From NCBI GenBank assembly GCA_964057225.1, contig OZ059897.1, positions 5,828,001-5,892,000 of the forward strand: a stretch of 64,000 nucleotides of DNA. The letters are read 5' to 3'. Below, in pieces: positions 1 through 11,389 of this stretch. Made by a program: the position numbers and the translations under genes. Source of the stretch: Auanema rhodensis. Its lineage: Eukaryota > Animalia > Nematoda. The notes under the pieces were generated by a model. The model saw only the letters and a program-made list of their open reading frames with translations. It was not told the origin of the DNA and made no database searches. Each line of letters starts with the position of its first letter. The stretch's first letter is position 1.

Positions 1-1493
1 ACAGATAGTGTGAAACATTACTCTCAATCTTTAGAAGTTCATTTTACTTTCTTCAACTTTATTCACTAAACAAGTCAAACTTTTCTCTTTCTCTTTCTCT
101 TTTTTTAAACAAATTTTATTAATAAAATGACTTATTATATATACATATATGTATTTATAAAATTATTAGTTCATTATACATTCATATGTATATTTATACA
201 TTATTTAATAATTATTTATCATGTTATATAATAACTAAATATATATAATATAATATTCCAAACCAAATGTTTGATAAGATCAGCTCAATATTTCATTCAA
301 ACATAACAGAAAGTTTCAAGATAATTTTTAAATTTCAAGATCATAAATCTCTCATAATTATTTTAGAAAACGTAATTTTAGTTTAGTTTTATTTCAAAAA
401 ATATAATATTATATATATATTATTATACATAGTATATTCTACATATTTATTTAAACAAATTTGAAATCTGTTATTTTTGTTCTAAATCTTCTTCTAAATA
501 GAAATATAACTGTAAATATATAAAAATAAATTATAACTATATGTATGTATGTAAATATATAATATTTACTTTTTTTTTTCAAAGATTTTTAGGATATCTA
601 ATATATAATTTTATTTTTCGTCTTCTAGATCAACAACGTTTCAATTTTAGAAACAACAATCTTTCTTTCAATATGAAATTATGATATAGTATGTATTTCT
701 TTGAAATAAAAATAGTCAACATTCTCTTTTTGAGTTTTATTATTATTATTTTATTAAAATTTATTTTATTTTATAATTAAATGAAAATATTTATTTTGAA
801 AAAGTTTACTTTCAATATAAACTAATAAAATTAATAACATACATAGAATGTATGTAATATGAAATTTATTATAGAAAATAAGTATTTGTTTCTTAGTTTA
901 TAAACTTTTTTGATAAAAAATAAGATGTGAAATACTTCCTAAACTATTGTTCTATAATTATATGTATAATATATCGTCCTTATTCATTGTATCCAAGTAT
1001 TATGATATCATTTTACATAATCAAAAAAGATATTCCAAGAAATATAAATGAATATTATCTTAACAATATAAATCTTGTAATAGTTGCTAATTTGAACTAT
1101 ATATGTACATAGATTTGTATATTTAACTATAAAACAACTACAATTCTAATGTACGTACTGTATAACAACATTCATGTAATTTAGAGAATGCATTTATTAG
1201 TCTTAATCAAATAATATTCTTCATATATAATATATAAGATGAATTTTTAATTTTTATTTCATTCAAATCAGAGATCCTGAGATAACTTTAGATTAAAATA
1301 TGAGAATATTCTCAATACTTTGACAATTAAATGAAACAAACGTAGTTGGCAATATTTGCAATTATTACTCTATATCACAATGATTTATATATGTATATTC
1401 ATATAATGTGTTAGCATTTTATTTTTAATTTTCTATATTTCTCGCATTCTCTCTCATTGTATGTACATCTTTCTTTCTTTCCTTTTCCCTCCC

Positions 1494-1523
1494 TCTCTCT
1501 CTCTCTCTATCTCTCTCTCTCTA

Positions 1524-1555
<32 letters not shown>
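1494..1555. repeat. (CT)n microsatellite
   Basis: Imperfect CT dinucleotide run. Confidence 0.9.
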
Positions 1556-1860
1556 GTTCTTCTTTTCTTTCTGCAATTTCTCGCCTTTGATGACTCGTTC
1601 GTTCCGCACAATATGCTTACAATTTTCACGAGCGATATACAGAATATTCACACACTCACGTCAGAATTCAAATACTTCTGTATAAATTATAAATTTATTT
1701 ATTTTTCTTTTATAGAATTATCTAAATGAAGGATTAAAAAGCAGCGGCGTGATTGGCTTGTTGTTCGATTGTACTGATCCTACCCATGTTTTCTTGCAAC
1801 AATTCCTCTTTAGACTGTTATCAAATTGCTCAACATATTTTATCCAAAACAACTGGTGGA

Positions 1861-2748
1861 ATGAGTCCGTATCTCAATGCTTCGCTTGTCTTAATTGTAA
1901 TATTTTAATTAATTTAGCTATAATTATGCTTATTTGTACTCCGAGTCATAGTAATGCTTTAGATTGCTGTACCTGGCTTTGTTTTCAATATGTTCTCTAT
2001 GCTCGTTCTTTGCACTCACCCATCATTTTCGTAAGTTATAAAAATATGATCTCCACATTTATCAGGATATAATAAAGTTTTCAGAGCTAAAAATTAATTT
2101 TTCAGTAACTCCTTTGGCAGGCTATCAGCCGTTAATTCTGGGGCGAACTCTGTGCTATTGCTTCTGTTCATAATCTGGTCAACTCCTTTAATACTATTGT
2201 AAATTCAATTTTCAAAATTTTATAAGTAAATCAAATGATTATATTCATTTAGAAATTATTTACCTGGAAATCTTCATTTCTTAAATGAACAAATTGGATC
2301 ATTTTCATTATTTTTCGCTGAAATTACATACAATTCCGGAGCATTTATCTCTATCAACAGGTAATCTTATTTATTTATTTCATCTCAATGCTCATCCTTC
2401 GATAAAATAGACTTTTGGCTATATCAATGCCTGTGATATACAGAAAATATTTTACTATACGAATGACAAATTGTATTATTAGTGGAATTTTTATATTTTC
2501 TTTTGTGTATTGGTGTATATATTTTATTCGTAAGTTTCTTCTTTTTAATATATCAAATAGTAAAATTTGATCTATGTGATCAATATTATATCATTCAATA
2601 ATAATAAAAAAAATAATATTTATAAAAACATGAGTGATATACATACATATGTACATATATGATTATTGAGAATCTTTAATTGCAATGATTGTTCGAATGA
2701 CGTATTTCTTTTTCTTCTTCCTCTTTCTCTCTCTCCCTCTCTCTCTCC

Positions 2749-2811
<63 letters not shown>

Positions 2812-3761
2812 GCTAGAAATATATTTCTTTATATTATTTCTTTAACGTTCTATTTTCCACTTCCTTTCTTTAATCCAAGATGAATAGTTCAATTAAATAT
2901 CTTTAAGTGTAACATTCAATATGAAAAAAAAAGATTAAAAATTTATAAGTTATCATAATTCTTAATAAACATTTCCCTTTTCTCTACCTAATTTTCTAAT
3001 CAAATCAAATAAATATAAATTGAGTAAATAATTCTACTTATTTACAGCAAATTGCTCATTCTACTTTGATATTCCAACAAATGCCTGGGTATTTGGTAAT
3101 ACATCATGTGGCCAAACGCTGGGAGATTTCATAGATTTCAAATACAACTTAACCCTACTTGTCATAAGTATAATATCAGATTTTACGACATTTTTGTTAT
3201 TACGTGGTGCTAATTTAGTAATTTGTTATTTTATAAAGCAATTTATATATGTTTATCTACTTCAGAGGATGAAGAAATTAATCAACGACGACAAAAAAGC
3301 TGAGAGAAGGCTGCAAAAAGAAATTATATTCTTCTTACAGGTACTGTCATTTATTCGTTTTGCAATGACAATTTTGTTTTTATTTGTTTTTTTAATGTTT
3401 ATTCATTCAGTCATTTACACAAACATGTGGTTACATCTTGATGTTTATATCATTTCACGTAATTAGTAATAATGTACATACTCAATTTGAAATATTCATA
3501 TCGACAACTTTTGCTTGGCCATCAGCTCATGCATTTGGAGGGTACGATCCATTGAACTAATGAATGAAACAACAAGCTTATATCTATTTCAGATTAACTG
3601 TTGTCTTATTTAACAAAGAAATCAGGGTACGAATACTTAAGAAAGCCAGAAACAGTACTGTTCATAGTACGACGCTGGTAGCTATGAACCACAAAGTTAC
3701 CAAAACTACTCCTGCAATAGCATCAATTTTCCAAGTTCCTTCAACGAAAGAATATAAATAA
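1861..3761 (+). CDS. Serpentine chemoreceptor GPCR, srx-like class (multi-exon)
   Basis: Manual splicing gives MSPYLNASLVLI/IAVPGFVFNMFSMLVLCTHPSF/NSFGRLSAVNSGANSVLLLLFIIWSTP.../SINR/LLAISMPVIYRKYFT.../CSFYFDIPTNAWVFGNTSCGQTLGDFIDF.../KEIIFFLQ.../LTVVLFNKEIR. The NSFG, SINR, C-x-F-x-F..W-x-F..C and FNKEIR motifs are typical of srx receptors. GT-AG introns. Confidence 0.8.
2721..2806. repeat. (CT)n microsatellite in srx intron
   Basis: Long CT run. Confidence 0.9.
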
Positions 3762-3855
3762 TTCTATTATAAAACATATTGAATTCGGTTTTATTTGTTA
3801 TTTTGATTGTGAGATGAAATTATAAATTGATAAAATAAAGAATTTTATTTATAAC

Positions 3856-4716
3856 TTAACAACTTATCAACATCATCACACATACTTCAATTTCAAGATC
3901 TCTGTTTGCTGTTGTTTTTATATATTCCGGAACTATTTTTTTATTTTGAAACATCATAACTGATATCATAGATCTGGTGGTCCGTTGAAGTAGAATCGGA
4001 TAACATCTGTTTCTCAAATCGTGTTTATAGCTTTCAATCAATCTGCCTAACTTGTTACAGTTACTGCCACTGTGAAAGACCAAAAACAAAAGTTTTCGTG
4101 AAAATATATTTTCCACAATTTGCAGTCGGCTTTTTTGGAATCCGTTGGTCATTTCACACATTCGAAAAGCTTGCATCCAGTTCCGGAGATTCTTAATTGA
4201 TCTTCATCATCTGAAACTTCTTGTTTTTCAGCCCATAGTTTCATTAAAATTGATTTCTTAATCTGGTTCACCATGTTATTTCTAATAATCTGAAATGGGA
4301 TAGGAGTACAACTTGCAACAACGGACAACAATCACTTTCAAATAACTTAGAAAAACAGTTTCTTTTGCAAATTTTTCCCACATAAGTAAGAAGAAATAGA
4401 AAGTTTTCTTTCAAACATAAGTTCAACTGTTAGATTGATGGCCAGAAAGAAGTTTGTGGAATAAACGAAGGGCACTCATTCACTTCAAACTCATATAAAT
4501 ACTTGAACAGAAAGATGTAACCAACTTGTTTCTTAGCTACTGTTGTGAATATAATGATTAATGGGTCATCATACTGAAATTATGGTCAATATGTTCAAAA
4601 TGAATGTTTTTTACTTCTTGTTTCTTGGCTGACCTCGATTATTATATCTTTAAAAGTGGTCTTGTTTCCTTTTTTGGACAAGCATCTATCAGTAAACAGC
4701 ATTTTGAAGATGGCAT
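3856..4716 (-). pseudogene. Probable degraded gene (overlapping frameshifted ORF fragments, in-frame stops)
   Basis: ORFs 3856-4176 and 4149-4331 overlap in different frames. An intron-like GTAAAA...TTTCAG lies at ~4614-4574. The upstream frame MPSSK... is broken by TAATAA. No family recognised. Confidence 0.3.
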
Positions 4717-5496
4717 GATGAAGTTTATGATAGATTGATGAGAAATTCTAAAATAGAGGGCTATAAAAGGAGTAAATGAAGATAGATTGGGTGTTAAGAA
4801 TTGAATTGGGAAGAGGAAAGAGACAAAGAGAAATATACAGAGGGAGTGACTGAGAGACAGTTGAACAACAGGTACAAGCGGGAGAGGATGAGAGAGAGAA
4901 AGTGGTAAGACACATTCATATATATATTTCTTTAATTCATACGTCAGAAAAGAAAAAGATTCCTTGACAGACAAAGACAAAGGCGTTCTCATCAACGTCA
5001 CGTTGCCTATCTCTTCCTATACTCTCTTAGCTAGCAGCTTCTGTAGGGTTTCCAATGCTTCACTAGCACTTCATCTTCACGTGTGTTCAATAATTCTTGT
5101 ACGGGTTCTTCTAACTTTTCGTCTCTTAATCATCTTCAATCATTAACATCAGTTTGACCTTCAATCGAATGTCTTCAGCACTTCCATTCATGCCTCCTCC
5201 TTCATCATCATCACTTTACTTCAATTTTCAATCGTTTGTCTGTCATGTAAATTCCATTCTAAAACAAACTTACGTTATTGAAAATCAAAGTAAACATCTT
5301 CATATATAGAAAATATATTTAAATGTATAAATCATATTCTCTTCTAATTCTTCATTTATCATCTATCTATATTCTAAACGAATGCTTTGATTTTTTAAAT
5401 ATTTGTTATTCGCCAAATATCTTCTTGTTTCAGGATAGTGCTCTTGTATATACCTAATATATGTACTGACATTCCAATCATTTTCATTATTAAAGA

Positions 5497-6863
5497 ATGA
5501 AGATTGTCTGTCTTGTTGTAATTCTTCTGACAACAGCACATACTTTACCAATCGACGAGAACCCAAACGAAGCAGATAAACGACCTGTTCGACGTGATGC
5601 ATCTTCTTCATCTTCGGCAGATGATATCACAGAACAGGATAAGGTATGTTGCAAAAAAGACAATTTAATGGATATACACACATGTATATTCAAAGAAATA
5701 CATATATCCTTTTAATTATTTCTCCTTTCAACTGTCGACAATTGCGAGAAAAAAGTATTTGTTCGAACTTTTTCAGCAAGCATGTGCCGAGTTACGCTTA
5801 GAATATGTCAAAGTTTGTGCAATGGCTGGACAACACTTACCTGACGAGAAAGAGAGAGAATTTTGTGCTGCTTTTGAAAATATTTGTTTCCGAATTCCTA
5901 ATTCTGAGCCTGATCAGGCTACTGTGCCGTAAGTTTTATTTTTAATATATGTATGAGAAAAGTAACAAACAATCTAATTTAAGTAATAATGAAATTATAA
6001 TTTCTTTCTGATCAAATGTGAAAAAATATTTTCATTTACAGTCTAAATATAATAGTAAAGAGACTAGAAATTTAATTTTTGAAAATTAATTTTTATTTTT
6101 GGCAACTAATCACACACGGCTTTATCCAAAAATAAGCCTTGAAACTTGAACAGCTTCAATGCTTTATTATTAGTCAATCTTGCTTTATAATTCATCTAAC
6201 AGTTGTTGAAATCAAATAGAAGATGAAGCATAGTCGCTTTTCAGCAAGGCCCTCATAAAGGAACTCACTCCTATGTCAACTTCTTCTAAAGTTTCCCACG
6301 ATTTTGAAGTTAATGAGTGAGTGATAATTAACTTCGATAATACATAACATTCATGAGTATAAATATATTTTTATTATTTTTAATGAATTAATTTCATTGA
6401 ATTACAGGCCTAAAACTATAACAACTGCTAGCACAGTGAAACCGAAACCCAAAATTGATATAGAGGCTTTCTGTAGGGATTTCAAAAATCGTTATCTCTT
6501 CGTGTGCCCAGATCCATTCCGATTTGGTCAAAAGGTTAATATACTTTGAATGCTTCTTCCTGTTACTTTATAACTTTAAGGCTGTTGTATTCTGTCCAAT
6601 CTACTCAGAACGATGTCATGTTCCTTTACCTGATAGGCCTGTAGTACCTACTAGAAAACCTCCAAAGAGCCATCGTGGATCTGCTGTTGAGCGACTGTGT
6701 CGTAGCTACAGGTTATTACATATTTTAATTAATTCTTTAATAACATTTTCCTGCTTTTAGAGGTTTCGCAGATTCTTACTGTAATAATTCTCTTTTACTT
6801 TCCCAGCCACAATACAGAGAAGGTTGTGAGAAATACTGGAGATTCTGCACACACAGAGGCTGA
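5497..6863 (+). CDS. Secreted cysteine-rich nematode protein of unknown function
   Basis: Signal peptide MKIVCLVVILLTTAHT. In-phase exons: QACAELRLEYVKVC...FCAAFENIC / ...FCRDFKNRYLFVCPDPFRFGQK / AVVFCPIYSERC...LCRSYR / GFADSYCNN...GCEKYWRFCTHRG*. Confidence 0.8.
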
Positions 6864-7136
6864 TATAAAGATTCAAAAACCGGCTTTACTTGATCATCTT
6901 GTTGTACAAAATATATTATGAATTATTTCCTCAAAATAGTCATATAAACTATATGAAATGAATAAAAATTTGATATAAACGATGATTCTTATCACCATGT
7001 TGGCTTGATCGATATTAGTTGATTGATGACGATGAAATGCTTCCACTTTTAGATATTTCATCCATTCATCTCTTAGAAGGTTGAAAGACCGACTGACCAA
7101 GCTATTCCTGTATTTGTCTTCATATCTAATAGGAAT

Positions 7137-7523
7137 ATGAGTTTGATTACAACTATCTGTTTGTTACTCACCTTAATTCCAAATATCTTTTCTCAGGGTC
7201 CTATTGCACCCAGACACTATTATGGTGCCAATCAAGTTGGCTTATTGTCCTCTGTATTAACTGCATTAAAATGTGTATTTTAGGGAAATATAAGATCAGG
7301 AGTTGTTCCATTCTGGGGTCCACCACCAATCAACAATCAAGGAACTCTCGCACCTCATGTTTGTGGCTTCAATGCATATACAAGGTGATTTTCTCATCAT
7401 AACCAGTATAACAAAAACTTTAGACAATGCATGGATCCTGAAAACAATTGTCCAGGACGTTGCATGAATTTCAGATATACATATAACGTATTGTATGATT
7501 GTAGGTGTCTTGCACTCAAATAA
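7137..7523 (+). CDS. Small secreted 6-Cys peptide (3 exons; absent from the ORF track)
   Basis: MSLITTICLLLTLIPNIFSQGPIAPRHYYGANQ / GNIRSGVVPFWGPPPINNQGTLAPHVCGFNAYTR / QCMDPENNCPGRCMNFRYTYNVLYDCRCLALK*. Two short in-phase GT-AG introns. Confidence 0.8.
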
Positions 7524-7756
7524 ATTTGTATTTCCGGATGAAAAAAGAAATTTTCACGTATTTTTTCAAAATGTATCTGTTTTATATATCCCCCCCCCAC
7601 TTCTTTATCACTAATTAATACAATATACTGTTTACAGATTTATTAGTAGCATTTGCACGCAATAGTTTAAGTACAGAATGTTTCTACCTGTTTTGAATAA
7701 TACATGAATGACTGCGAGAGAAAAATCACCGAGATAGCACGTGCTGTAATCTTTAG

Positions 7757-8716
7757 TTAGTTAACGGTTGAAAGTGGCACGGGTGCAATGCGTTCTGTTA
7801 CTTCTTTTTGAGGCTCTTCAATTTCTTCGTCTATTTCAGCTTCAGCGTCATCCACTGCGTCCTCATTCTCCATCTCCAAATCTACTACTCCTTCGTTATT
7901 CTCATCTTCCTCATCCTCCTTGAAAATCAAAATGATAATGAATTGTAAATAAACTGAAAGCTTACTTCGTCATCGGCATCCTCTTCATTTTCTTCCATTG
8001 GCATTAAATCGGCTTCATCAACTGGCTCTTCTTCTTGCGCTGGCATCTCCTCAACTTCACCATCATCCCATTTAATGGGGAAAGAAGTTATTCTAATGTC
8101 TTCAGATTGAACTGTACGGATTAACTAAAATATCTCAAATGATCTTAATCAACAACTTTTTAAAAACGACCAACCTTCCCTACAATTGGCTTTGAGGGTG
8201 GGTTCTCTTTCAATTCAACCTCTTCCTCGGGGTATTCATTGGATACGAACCAGCCCAAATTCAAGAACTCCTAGGAGGCGTAAACAATCAATACTGCAGC
8301 ATTGACTTACTTGTTCATTATATCTACATTTCAAGAGAAGTACAGAAACTCCAACAATATCGCTTAAGGGAATTTTTTCGGGATTAGGAGCATCAGCCTG
8401 TATAACATGTAATAAATATTAACCATAATTAAAATTATACTAACGCAAAAAACGAATTTGTGCTTTCCTTCTTCAGTTGGTCCAACAAGAACTGAATCTA
8501 AGATTTGATCATAGTCTTTAGATTCTCCAGACCCAACATAAACTAATTCCCATTCTAAATCTAAACAAAAAAACTTATTTTTTCTATAATATTTTAAAAT
8601 CTACCATGTGGAAGTCTTTGAAATGCTTCAAATGTTATTTCAAGCATAAGTTGGTCTGTGAATTTTCCAGGGTTGTTAAGAGTGTTAACGGAACAAACAT
8701 TAACACGAGATCCCAT
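7757..8716 (-). CDS. asf-1: Histone H3-H4 chaperone ASF1 with acidic C-terminal tail
   Basis: [64 protein letters not shown]...[30 protein letters not shown]...ITSFPIKWD, followed by an E/D-rich tail; the canonical ASF1 signature. Confidence 0.95.
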
Positions 8717-8829
8717 TTTTATACTTCTAAATAAACTAAATCTATATAATTAACATGCATAAGCAAAAAAATAAATTCTTAAAGACATTGCTAAAAAATT
8801 AACTTACTGAAAAATTTAAAGGTCTAATC

Positions 8830-8846
8830 TTTCCCGCAATTTTGAA
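8830..8846 (+). promoter_or_regulatory. E2F site (TTTCCCGC) next to CHR-like TTTGAA in the asf-1/rpn-5 divergent promoter
   Basis: TTTCCCGCAATTTTGAA lies in the ~285-bp gap between the two ATGs. Confidence 0.5.
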
Positions 8847-9000
8847 TTAAAGGTCTAAAAAGTAACAGCGTATGCACTTTCTTTTGTCATCTTGTATTTC
8901 TACTAACTGTTTGCTATTTCTTTAATTATAATTTTTAATCATATAGTTTGTATAATATATAAATTAGCATAAAAGCTTTATATGTTTTCATATATAGATA

Positions 9001-11093
9001 ATGGCTGAAAATCGTTCCCCGATTAAAATTGAAGCTGTAAAAGCAGGAAACCAATCCGAAATTGAAGAGATGGCTCATCTTGCTGCTCAGGTTTGCAATT
9101 TTCTTACTTCGTTTAATTTTTATTCCTGAACTTATAGGGTGGTGATGGAAGATTGTTCAAAATGGAAATTGATTATACCCCTCAAGTTGATGATGCTCTT
9201 CCTATTGCAGACTCTTTGGCTTCGGTTAGTGCAAAAAACATTTTTTTAAACTTATTTTCTTACAGTCAGGAAAGGTTGTTGAAGCTTTGGAATCTTTGAT
9301 CAACTTGGAAAAACTAACTAGATTGGGATCAGACATGAAGAGCAATTCTAGAATTGTTCAGCATATGGTAAGATAATGAGTTAATAAATCTGCTTAGTTT
9401 ATTTCTCTAGGTAAAAATTTGCTTTGATACCAAAAAGTGGGATTTGTTAAATGAAACGATTTTAACCCTTTCTAAGAAGAGAATGATCATCAAAGTTGCT
9501 ATAGCTAAAATGGTTTGAATTTTTTTATGTTGTCAATGTTTAGTGCTTTTTTAGGTTAAAGATGCATGTGCTATGGTAGAGAAACTTCCTTCTGAAGATT
9601 TGAAATTGAAGCTCATTGATACTCTTCGTACTGTCACTGCTGGCAAGGTTTTTTTTACAAATTATTTTGTTTTCATATTTTTTTTTATTCAGATTTATGT
9701 TGAAGTTGAACGAGCTAGACTTACTTCCCTTGTTGTGAAGAAATTAGAAGCTGAAGGTAAAGTTGATGAGGCTGCCACAATGCTTTTGGAACTTCAAGTT
9801 GAAACTTATGGTTCTATGGAACTCAAAGAGAAAGTATTATCAACTTTCTTAGTTCAACTATATTTTTTCTTTTTTGACAGGTTGAATTCTTGTTAGAACA
9901 GATGAGAATTTCCGTAGCTAGAAGTGATTACGTTCGTGCTGGAATTATTTCTAAGAAAATCAGCATCAAGTTCTTCAATAGTGAATCAACTGAGGTTTTT
10001 ATTTTCTTATTAAGTTTGTTAAATTAAAAAAATGCAGGTTCAAGATCTTAAGCTCAAGTATTATAATCTAATGATTACTATTGGTTTACAAGAATCTCAA
10101 TACTTGGAAGTATGTAGACATTATAGGTATGAAATGATATAAAATTGATATTTGAAACATTTTTCAGAGCTATTTGGGATACTCCTGTCATCAAGGCCGA
10201 CTCCGATAAGTGCAAAGCTGTAAGATTTTTTATTTTAAATTTATATTCATTTGTATCATATTTAGGCTCTTAAATGTGCTGTTGTCTACTGTCTGTTATC
10301 TCCTCATAGTAATGAGCAGTGGGATTTACTTCACAGAATCAATGCTCAGAGAGAACTGGAGCAAGTTCAAGAATACAAGGTTTTCTCATTTTTTAGCTGC
10401 TTATTTATTTATTGTTTTCGGTAGACTCTCCTCGAACTCTTCGTTAATCAAGAATTGATCTCATGGAAAAACGTTATTGTCAAGCAGTATGAAAAAGTTT
10501 TGAAAAAGGGCACTCCAACTTCACTCCCTACACCTGTAATTCAAATCTAAAAATGTAAAACTAAAACTAAAATTTAAGGTTTTTGATGCTGCATCCAAGG
10601 ACGGAGAAAAACGATGGGAAGATTTTCATCTTCGCGTTGGAGAACATGTAAGCTATATTAGTTGTTTTCAAAGCTTAATGGTATTTTTGTAGAATATGAG
10701 AATGATCGCTAAATATTACTCCGAAATAACTTTTGATAGATTGGCTGAACTTTTGGATTTCCCTCTGGAGGTATGCATAGTATATACTTTGACGCATATT
10801 TACACGATTTTTTTATTAGAAAATGGAGTCTTTCTTATGTAACCTTATTGTCACTGGACAAGTACCTGATGCTAAAATCCACAGACCTAGTCGAATTGTA
10901 AATCTTCGTGCCAGAAAGGCGCCTATCGAAGAATTGGACCAATGGGCAAACAGTGTGCATAAATTAACTGAGACTCTTAACAAGGTTTGAAATTAAATTC
11001 CTTCTATTTTTTATCATTGCTATTTACCAGGTTTCACACCTCATTCTAAAGGAACAAATGGTTCACCGAAACTTGGAAGTTTGCCATCATTAA
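9001..11093 (+). CDS. rpn-5: 26S proteasome lid subunit RPN5/PSMD12
   Basis: [91 protein letters not shown] (PCI domain), [13 protein letters not shown]. Confidence 0.97.
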
Positions 11094-11389
11094 GTTAAAA
11101 AATACTGATCTGAAAGTTTTCATTGAACGGTGTGTATTTATTTAAATTTGTCGTAATACTGGTCTGTACTTGATAACTTATTGTTCCTTTTTCATAAATT
11201 CTAATTTTATAATGTTATCTTTATGTTGTTTTATGAAGTCTATAGCTAGAGGAAATTCAGAAGCTATTGATATGAAAGCAAACGAAGTAGCCAGCATAGT
11301 TATAAAAGTGACATAAAACTCGTTATCGACATGAAGCTAAGAAATAATCTAGATAATAGACAAAACCTCTACGAGTTGACGATTTCATA

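Noticed and set aside
1454-1729. ORFs rich in SL/ER dipeptides, here and at 24070, 52453, 60449 and 63357
   Set aside because: Translations of (CT)n/(GA)n microsatellites.
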